Source: Octopus sinensis (taxonomy: Eukaryota). Taken from it: DNA of 64,000 bases. The notes under the pieces were generated by a model that searched no databases, was not told the origin of the DNA, and saw only the letters and a list, made by a program, of their open reading frames with translations. Shown here in pieces: positions 52,946 to 64,000 of the stretch (its first letter is position 1; each line of letters opens with the position of its first letter). Location of the stretch: assembly GCF_006345805.1 (NCBI RefSeq), contig NC_042999.1:52204001-52268000 (forward strand), read 5' to 3'. The position numbers were made by a program, and so were the translations under genes.

Positions 52946-53169
52946 CATACATACATACATACCTTGTTGTTGATGCTGAAACTAACAATGCAAACCATCA
53001 CAGGAACTGTAAAAATCTGTAAAACTTTCAGAATTTGTCATTTAGATATACATGAGCATTCTAGATATCGACTATATACATGAGAATACATACACAATAC
53101 ACTAATCTGCACACATACATACTACATCAACACCACATACATACATACATACATACATACATACATACA

Positions 53170-53203
<34 letters not shown>

Positions 53204-53240
53204 CATACATACATACATACCTTGTTGTTGATGCTGAAAT
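52715..53240 (+). repeat. Tandem duplication of ~260 bp including (ATAC)n, running into a family D copy (53220-53320, minus)
   Basis: aaactaacaatgcaaaccatcacaggaactg.. at 52715 and 52978; both copies end cttgttgttgatgctgaaa. Confidence 0.9.
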
Positions 53241-53619
53241 TCCAATGAAAGTGCCTCGGATCTAGGTTAGAAACCGTGTCTTTTTCTGTTGCCAAGACAT
53301 CTTGAAATAAAACTGAATAACAAAATACATACATACATACATACATACATGCATACATGCATACATGCATAATACATACATACATACATACATACATACA
53401 TACATACATACATACATACATGTAGGCGCTGTCAGCATCAATCGTGCAGGCGTTGAGAGCCGTGTAAAATATTAAAAAAATATATTTAAATATATTTTTG
53501 AACGTTCCGTTCTAAATTTTTGCCGACTCCTCTTGAATCAGTAACTGGTTTATTTCTTCCATTATAAATAAGAGAAACACTTTTTACCTACAAACGCAGC
53601 ATTATTCAGACCGGATTAA

Positions 53620-54420
53620 AAAATATATACCTTATACCACGTGGAATTTCGCATGATTATGGCTGAAACTAACAACACCATCATCGACAAAAACAGAGCT
53701 ACAATGTCAATAAGTTACCTAAGAAGCAATAAGTGTTCCTCTCAATTTACTTGGACTCCACATCTAAATCAAGAACTCTATGCATATGCAATGCAAGAAA
53801 AGGAGATTGCTACTAAATATCTAATCAACGAGAGAGACAGTGAAGCCCTTGGAGTTCCAACATGCAACCGGAACTGTGGATTATGTCATATTTCTGTTGA
53901 AGACATCACACATAAGATTACCCCCCACCCTCCAAATGTTATCAACGTACGATCTCCCTATGCGACATGACGTTGTTGAAAAACCAATATACGATGCCAT
54001 TCTGGAAGAAGATTGTCCTGGAATAAATATAGAGAATCCCTCTGTTATTGAATACATATACAAATATCAGAACATGAAATCCTCGGAACATGCTCATCAA
54101 GACATCCCTCAGATGTAAGCATAAGAGGTCGGATATTGTTCAGGACAGACAAGAAAAAATATATCATTGGGTTGTTCTGCTGATGTGAATTTCTCTCTGA
54201 AAATCAAAGAGAAGGAAGATTACTATGGACAACTGTTTCGAAAACTCCAGCTTCTATATCCGGATTACAAATTTACATTTAAACCAATAATAATTGGAGC
54301 ATTTGGTTTTCTTAATAAATGTTAAACTGCCAGTCTGAATGAGCTTTGGAATTTCAGAAAAAGAAATTAACTACCTGATTTGTATATTATAAATACAGTC
54401 TGAAAGCGGAACAGTAACAA
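53620..54420 (+). pseudogene. Decayed 3' end of an REL-type (R4/Dong-like) LINE: CCHC knuckle + endonuclease
   Basis: AMQEKEIATKYL, CGLCHISVEDITH..(frameshift)..PMRHDVV, KHKRSDIV and IIGAFG. Confidence 0.75.
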
Positions 54421-54641
54421 CTCCAAAGAAGGAGTTTTGTATCTTTGTTAGAAACCAGCGGAAGAATTTAAATGATTAAATACGTGTGTATGTATGTATG
54501 TATGTATGTATGTATCTATGTGTGCGTATATATATATATATATATATAAAATATTATTCGAGACAAAACCACTATTTTGCAAAACAAACAAGGAAAGACT
54601 TAATTAATACATAAAATTTTAATAAATAGTCAAAAAAACCG

Positions 54642-54684
54642 CCACTACAATCGTTTCTTGTCTTGATCGACAATCTTCAGGTGG
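54642..54684 (-). ncRNA. Minimal type I hammerhead ribozyme
   Basis: Identical 43-nt motif to 11527-11569. Confidence 0.85.
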
Positions 54685-54844
54685 ACTTCCAATCTAAAAC
54701 ATCAATATTTTAAAATATAAAAATAATAATTTTTAAATAATTAAAGTATGAATGAAAAAATATAAGTATATAATCCATATAACCTATCTATAATCCATAT
54801 ATAAACAATATATAAACAATATATAAACTAAAAAAACCTATCAA

Positions 54845-54910
54845 CAATTAAATATAAAAATATAAAATATAAAATATAAAATATAAAATATAAAATATAA
54901 AATATAAAAA
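54845..54910. repeat. (TATAAAA)n heptamer repeat
   Basis: Directly visible. Confidence 0.9.
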
Positions 54911-57256
54911 TAATAATATAATAATAAACTATATATACACCCATACGCATATACCTAATTATATATAACCATATCTAACTACATACACTAAATCACACAC
55001 CTATATATATATCCCTATACATACACATAAAAATGTCTAGGCAACTATAAATAAATAAAATAGCTAAATACTTCAACACAATACTTATTCATACTCCCAC
55101 ACACACACACATACAACCCACATTCACGCTCTAGAAAACGGACATCACTCAAAACTATGAACGGAGAAATGGAATAAATGGAATTAAAAATTATATTCAC
55201 TTGGTAAAACGAACACTACTTAAAAATTATGAATGAAACAATGCAATAAAACAACAGACATCGCAAATAGACACAAATTACTACAAATTCCTTATCAAAC
55301 CTACCATGATAACCAAAACTCATAAAAACATATAATGATAAAATCTCCCTTTACTAAACTCTATAACAAACCTATATAGCAATCCCCCTAAGCTAAACAT
55401 TCACACACAAATACACACACGTAAACCACACACCCACGACATATACAAATACCCACACCACTTACACATACCAATACATACATATAAACCTCAACATATA
55501 CTCCAAAAACCCACTCAACCCCACACAGACAAATAAACACAAAAATTATGAATAGATTCTTTTATAAAACTACCATGATAAGCTAAAACTCACAAAACAG
55601 AAATGATAAAACCTCCCTTTACTAAACACTAAAACATACTTATATAGCAATTCCTTTAACCTATACATTCACACACAAAAAACCACTCGTAAACCACACA
55701 CCCATAACAAATACAAACTCCCACCCCACTCACACACACCCAGAAGTACATATAAGCCTCAACATATACACCAAACAAAATTACTTTACCAAGGAACTTA
55801 ACATATATATAAAAAGTATAACCGCTCTGGAAACGAACATCTCTAAATTAATGAATGGAGAAATGGAATAAATGGAATTAAAAATAAAATTCACGTGGCA
55901 AAACGAACACCACTCAAAAATTATGAATGAAACAATATAATAAAACAACCAACATCGAAAATAGACAAATTACTACGAATTCCCTAAAAAAAACCATGAT
56001 AAACCAAAACTCTTAAAAAACATATAACGATAAAATCTCCCTTTGCTAAACTCTATAACAAACCTATATAGTAATCCCCCTAACCTAAACATTCACACAC
56101 AAACACACACGTAAACCACAGACCCACGACTTATACACATACCTAAACTAACTTATAAACCTCCATATACACCAAACCCACTCCCTCCCACACAGACAAA
56201 TTAACTCATACATCCCAAAACCTAAATAACAAACCCATATACACATTCACACACAAACACACACACACACAAAACACACACACACAACAGATACATATAC
56301 TCCCTCACATATACGCATATACATACTCACTAAACTCAATATATACAACAATATTTACACACCCACACTCATACAGATAAATAAATTATACAACTAAAAA
56401 CTCGCACACAATCTCATATACATAAACACTCCTATGAAAACAACATTAAATACATCGTAATAACCAGAATATCAAAAATAACAATATGACATAAAGGTAA
56501 ATAAAATACATACTTACAATTCAGTGTCAGATTATGAAGTGAAATTAAATTCTTAGCCGTTAAAAAATCAAACAAAAATTACGTTACCATAGAAATAACT
56601 TATGTAAAAAAAGACTAACAAACAACTTGCAGTAACCCAAACCCATTCTCTATGCCTACCTCACTACTACACTATTCCATTCACAATTCCAAACAACGCT
56701 AGTCCACCTCCCGGTTATTCACGTGGCAAAACGAACACCACTCAAAAATTATGAATGAAACAATGTAATAAAACAACCAACATCGAAAATAGACAAATTA
56801 CCACGAATTCCCTAAAAAAACCATGATAAACCAAAACTCCTAAAAACATATAACGATAAATCTCCCTTTGCTAAACTCTATAACAAACCTATATAGCGAT
56901 CTCCGTAACCTAAACATTCACACACAAATACACACTCGTAAACCACAGACCCACGACTTATACACATACCTATACTAACTTATAAACCTCAATATACACC
57001 AAAACCCACTCCCTCCCACACAGACAAATTAACACATACATCCCAAAACCTAAAAAACAAACCCATATACACATTCACACACAAACACACACACACGCAA
57101 AACACACACACACAACAGATACATATACACCCTCACATATACGCATATACATACTCACTAAACTCGATATATACAACAATATTTACACACTCACACTCAT
57201 ACAGATAAATAAATTAAACAACTAAAAACTCGCACACAATCTCATATACATAAACA

Positions 57257-60200
57257 CACCTATGAAAACAACATTAAATACATCGTAATTAACCAGAATA
57301 CACCTATGAAAACAACATTAAATACATCGTAATTAACCAGAATACACCTATGAAAACAACATTAAATACATCGTAATTAACCAGAATACACCTATGAAAA
57401 CAACATTCAATACATCGTAATTAACCAGAATACACCTATGAAAACAACATTCAATACATCGTAATTAACCAGAATACACCTATGAAAACAACATTCAATA
57501 CATCGTAATTAACCAGAATACACCTATGAAAACAACATTCAATACATCGTAATTAACCAGAATACACCTATGAAAACAACATTCAATACATCGTAATTAA
57601 CCAGAATACACCTATGAAAACAACATTCAATACATCGTAATTAACCAGAATACACCTATGAAAACAACATTCAATACATCGTAATTAACCAGAATACACC
57701 TATGAAAACAACATTCAATACATCGTAATTAACCAGAATACACCTATGAAAACAACATTCAATACATCGTAATTAACCAGAATACACCTATGAAAACAAC
57801 ATTAAATACATCGTAATTAACCAGAATACACCTATGAAAACAACATTCAATACATCGTAATTAACCAGAATACACCTATGAAAACAACATTCAATACATC
57901 GTAATTAACCAGAATACACCTATGAAAACAACATTCAATACATCGTAATTAACCAGAATACACCTATGAAAACAACATTCAATACATCGTAATTAACCAG
58001 AATACACCTATGAAAACAACATTCAATACATCGTAATTAACCAGAATACACCTATGAAAACAACATTCAATACATCGTAATTAACCAGAATACACCTATG
58101 AAAACAACATTCAATACATCGTAATTAACCAGAATACACCTATGAAAACAACATTAAATACATCGTAATTAACCAGAATACACCTATGAAAACAACATTA
58201 AATACATCGTAATTAACCAGAATACACCTATGAAAACAACATTCAATACATCGTAATTAACCAGAATACACCTATGAAAACAACATTCAATACATCGTAA
58301 TTAACCAGAATACACCTATGAAAACAACATTCAATACATCGTAATTAACCAGAATACACCTATGAAAACAACATTCAATACATCGTAATTAACCAGAATA
58401 CACCTATGAAAACAACATTCAATACATCGTAATTAACCAGAATACACCTATGAAAACAACATTAAATACATCGTAATTAACCAGAATACACCTATGAAAA
58501 CAACATTAAATACATCGTAATTAACCAGAATACACCTATGAAAACAACATTCAATACATCGTAATTAACCAGAATACACCTATGAAAACAACATTCAATA
58601 CATCGTAATTAACCAGAATACACCTATGAAAACAACATTCAATACATCGTAATTAACCAGAATACACCTATGAAAACAACATTCAATACATCGTAATTAA
58701 CCAGAATACACCTATGAAAACAACATTCAATACATCGTAATTAACCAGAATACACCTATGAAAACAACATTCAATACATCGTAATTAACCAGAATACACC
58801 TATGAAAACAACATTCAATACATCGTAATTAACCAGAATACACCTATGAAAACAACATTAAATACATCGTAATTAACCAGAATACACCTATGAAAACAAC
58901 ATTAAATACATCGTAATTAACCAGAATACACCTATGAAAACAACATTAAATACATCGTAATTAACCAGAATACACCTATGAAAACAACATTCAATACATC
59001 GTAATTAACCAGAATACACCTATGAAAACAACATTCAATACATCGTAATTAACCAGAATACACCTATGAAAACAACATTCAATACATCGTAATTAACCAG
59101 AATACACCTATGAAAACAACATTCAATACATCGTAATTAACCAGAATACACCTATGAAAACAACATTCAATACATCGTAATTAACCAGAATACACCTATG
59201 AAAACAACATTCAATACATCGTAATTAACCAGAATACACCTATGAAAACAACATTCAATACATCGTAATTAACCAGAATACACCTATGAAAACAACATTC
59301 AATACATCGTAATTAACCAGAATACACCTATGAAAACAACATTCAATACATCGTAATTAACCAGAATACACCTATGAAAACAACATTCAATACATCGTAA
59401 TTAACCAGAATACACCTATGAAAACAACATTCAATACATCGTAATTAACCAGAATACACCTATGAAAACAACATTAAATACATCGTAATTAACCAGAATA
59501 CACCTATGAAAACAACATTAAATACATCGTAATTAACCAGAATACACCTATGAAAACAACATTAAATACATCGTAATTAACCAGAATACACCTATGAAAA
59601 CAACATTAAATACATCGTAATTAACCAGAATACACCTATGAAAACAACATTAAATACATCGTAATTAACCAGAATACACCTATGAAAACAACATTAAATA
59701 CATCGTAATTAACCAGAATACACCTATGAAAACAACATTAAATACATCGTAATTAACCAGAATACACCTATGAAAACAACATTAAATACATCGTAATTAA
59801 CCAGAATACACCTATGAAAACAACATTAAATACATCGTAATTAACCAGAATACACCTATGAAAACAACATTAAATACATCGTAATTAACCAGAATACACC
59901 TATGAAAACAACATTAAATACATCGTAATTAACCAGAATACACCTATGAAAACAACATTAAATACATCGTAATTAACCAGAATACACCTATGAAAACAAC
60001 ATTAAATACATCGTAATTAACCAGAATACACCTATGAAAACAACATTAAATACATCGTAATTAACCAGAATACACCTATGAAAACAACATTAATACATCG
60101 TAATTAACCAGAATACACCTATGAAAACAACATTCAATACATCGTAATTAACCAGAATACACCTATGAAAACAACATTCAATACATCGTAATTAACCAGA

Positions 60201-63200
60201 ATACACCTATGAAAACAACATTCAATACATCGTAATTAACCAGAATACACCTATGAAAACAACATTCAATACATCGTAATTAACCAGAATACACCTATGA
60301 AAACAACATTCAATACATCGTAATTAACCAGAATACACCTATGAAAACAACATTCAATACATCGTAATTAACCAGAATACACCTATGAAAACAACATTCA
60401 ATACATCGTAATTAACCAGAATACACCTATGAAAACAACATTCAATACATCGTAATTAACCAGAATACACCTATGAAAACAACATTCAATACATCGTAAT
60501 TAACCAGAATACACCTATGAAAACAACATTCAATACATCGTAATTAACCAGAATACACCTATGAAAACAACATTAAATACATCGTAATTAACCAGAATAC
60601 ACCTATGAAAACAACATTAAATACATCGTAATTAACCAGAATACACCTATGAAAACAACATTAAATACATCGTAATTAACCAGAATACACCTATGAAAAC
60701 AACATTCAATACATCGTAATTAACCAGAATACACCTATGAAAACAACATTCAATACATCGTAATTAACCAGAATACACCTATGAAAACAACATTCAATAC
60801 ATCGTAATTAACCAGAATACACCTATGAAAACAACATTCAATACATCGTAATTAACCAGAATACACCTATGAAAACAACATTCAATACATCGTAATTAAC
60901 CAGAATACACCTATGAAAACAACATTAAATACATCGTAATTAACCAGAATACACCTATGAAAACAACATTAAATACATCGTAATTAACCAGAATACACCT
61001 ATGAAAACAACATTCAATACATCGTAATTAACCAGAATACACCTATGAAAACAACATTCAATACATCGTAATTAACCAGAATACACCTATGAAAACAACA
61101 TTCAATACATCGTAATTAACCAGAATACACCTATGAAAACAACATTCAATACATCGTAATTAACCAGAATACACCTATGAAAACAACATTCAATACATCG
61201 TAATTAACCAGAATACACCTATGAAAACAACATTCAATACATCGTAATTAACCAGAATACACCTATGAAAACAACATTCAATACATCGTAATTAACCAGA
61301 ATACACCTATGAAAACAACATTAAATACATCGTAATTAACCAGAATACACCTATGAAAACAACATTAAATACATCGTAATTAACCAGAATACACCTATGA
61401 AAACAACATTAAATACATCGTAATTAACCAGAATACACCTATGAAAACAACATTAAATACATCGTAATTAACCAGAATACACCTATGAAAACAACATTAA
61501 ATACATCGTAATTAACCAGAATACACCTATGAAAACAACATTAAATACATCGTAATTAACCAGAATACACCTATGAAAACAACATTAAATACATCGTAAT
61601 TAACCAGAATACACCTATGAAAACAACATTAAATACATCGTAATTAACCAGAATACACCTATGAAAACAACATTAAATACATCGTAATTAACCAGAATAC
61701 ACCTATGAAAACAACATTAAATACATCGTAATTAACCAGAATACACCTATGAAAACAACATTAAATACATCGTAATTAACCAGAATACACCTATGAAAAC
61801 AACATTAAATACATCGTAATTAACCAGAATACACCTATGAAAACAACATTAAATACATCGTAATTAACCAGAATACACCTATGAAAACAACATTAAATAC
61901 ATCGTAATTAACCAGAATACACCTATGAAAACAACATTAAATACATCGTAATTAACCAGAATACACCTATGAAAACAACATTAAATACATCGTAATTAAC
62001 CAGAATACACCTATGAAAACAACATTCAATACATCGTAATTAACCAGAATACACCTATGAAAACAACATTCAATACATCGTAATTAACCAGAATACACCT
62101 ATGAAAACAACATTCAATACATCGTAATTAACCAGAATACACCTATGAAAACAACATTCAATACATCGTAATTAACCAGAATACACCTATGAAAACAACA
62201 TTCAATACATCGTAATTAACCAGAATACACCTATGAAAACAACATTCAATACATCGTAATTAACCAGAATACACCTATGAAAACAACATTCAATACATCG
62301 TAATTAACCAGAATACACCTATGAAAACAACATTAAATACATCGTAATTAACCAGAATACACCTATGAAAACAACATTAAATACATCGTAATTAACCAGA
62401 ATACACCTATGAAAACAACATTAAATACATCGTAATTAACCAGAATACACCTATGAAAACAACATTAAATACATCGTAATTAACCAGAATACACCTATGA
62501 AAACAACATTAAATACATCGTAATTAACCAGAATACACCTATGAAAACAACATTCAATACATCGTAATTAACCAGAATACACCTATGAAAACAACATTCA
62601 ATACATCGTAATTAACCAGAATACACCTATGAAAACAACATTAATACATCGTAATTAACCAGAATACACCTATGAAAACAACATTAAATACATCGTAATT
62701 AACCAGAATACACCTATGAAAACAACATTAAATACATCGTAATTAACCAGAATACACCTATGAAAACAACATTAAATACATCGTAATTAACCAGAATACA
62801 CCTATGAAAACAACATTCAATACATCGTAATTAACCAGAATACACCTATGAAAACAACATTCAATACATCGTAATTAACCAGAATACACCTATGAAAACA
62901 ACATTCAATACATCGTAATTAACCAGAATACACCTATGAAAACAACATTAAATACATCGTAATTAACCAGAATACACCTATGAAAACAACATTAAATACA
63001 TCGTAATTAACCAGAATACACCTATGAAAACAACATTAAATACATCGTAATTAACCAGAATACACCTATGAAAACAACATTAAATACATCGTAATTAACC
63101 AGAATACACCTATGAAAACAACATTAAATACATCGTAATTAACCAGAATACACCTATGAAAACAACATTAAATACATCGTAATTAACCAGAATACACCTA

Positions 63201-64000
63201 TGAAAACAACATTAAATACATCGTAATTAACCAGAATACACCTATGAAAACAACATTAAATACATCGTAATTAACCAGAATACACCTATGAAAACAACAT
63301 TAAATACATCGTAATTAACCAGAATACACCTATGAAAACAACATTAAATACATCGTAATTAACCAGAATACACCTATGAAAACAACATTCAATACATCGT
63401 AATTAACCAGAATACACCTATGAAAACAACATTCAATACATCGTAATTAACCAGAATACACCTATGAAAACAACATTCAATACATCGTAATTAACCAGAA
63501 TACACCTATGAAAACAACATTCAATACATCGTAATTAACCAGAATACACCTATGAAAACAACATTAAATACATCGTAATTAACCAGAATACACCTATGAA
63601 AACAACATTAAATACATCGTAATTAACCAGAATACACCTATGAAAACAACATTAAATACATCGTAATTAACCAGAATACACCTATGAAAACAACATTAAA
63701 TACATCGTAATTAACCAGAATACACCTATGAAAACAACATTAAATACATCGTAATTAACCAGAATACACCTATGAAAACAACATTAAATACATCGTAATT
63801 AACCAGAATACACCTATGAAAACAACATTAAATACATCGTAATTAACCAGAATACACCTATGAAAACAACATTAAATACATCGTAATTAACCAGAATACA
63901 CCTATGAAAACAACATTAAATACATCGTAATTAACCAGAATACACCTATGAAAACAACATTCAATACATCGTAATTAACCAGAATACACCTATGAAAACA
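57257..64000. repeat. 44-bp satellite array, 153 complete units, continuing past the window end
   Basis: Unit cacctatgaaaacaacatt(a/c)aatacatcgtaattaaccagaata; period 44 (57257, 57301, 57345...); two 43-bp units near 60090 and 62641. Confidence 0.98.

Larger units (their letters stand above)
54553..57256 (-). mobile_element. Second copy of the hammerhead-bearing PLE-like element, with a multimerised C/A-rich body
   Basis: 54553-54790 is the reverse complement of about 11420-11660; internal marker ttcacgtggcaaaacgaacaccactcaaaaattatg at about 55197 (diverged), 55891 and 56718. Confidence 0.8.

Noticed and set aside
54790-57256. NUMT or bisulfite-converted contaminant as explanation of the skew
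   Set aside because: No mitochondrial gene or tRNA is recognisable; homologous copies occur in both orientations with normal-composition termini, and non-CpG cytosines remain on the C-poor strand
57257-64000. CRISPR array
   Set aside because: Units are directly adjacent with no unique spacers, there are no cas genes, and the context is eukaryotic
57257-64000. Telomeric or protein-coding repeat
   Set aside because: No TTAGGG-like unit; the C/A-rich strand points toward the right end, opposite to telomere polarity; the period of 44 is not a multiple of 3 and the ORF track shows no ORF

Overview
AT-rich eukaryotic non-coding DNA dense in microsatellites. The SINE and LINE repertoire looks like coleoid cephalopod (Octopus-type) intronic or intergenic sequence; this is inferred from recalled repeat families. 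No host-gene exon could be supported, and most short ORFs in the track are microsatellite translations. Identifiable content: a Tx1/L1-clade LINE with a long ORF2 (40.3-43.4 kb) plus a second truncated relative, CR1-like, RTE-like and R4/Dong-like LINE fragments, a decayed Penelope-like element (PLE; RT + GIY-YIG), an internally deleted mariner, a probable Helitron 3' end, three tRNA-derived SINE families and two foldback elements. The most interesting signal is a non-coding, strongly strand-skewed element carrying an identical 43-nt minimal type I hammerhead ribozyme in three copies (9899-9941, 11527-11569, 54642-54684). It has PLE-like inverted-terminal architecture and sits next to (TA)n tracts. 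In the 54.5-kb copy, an internal 44-bp segment has been amplified into a satellite of at least 153 units that runs off the window end, with two single-base variants arranged in blocks.
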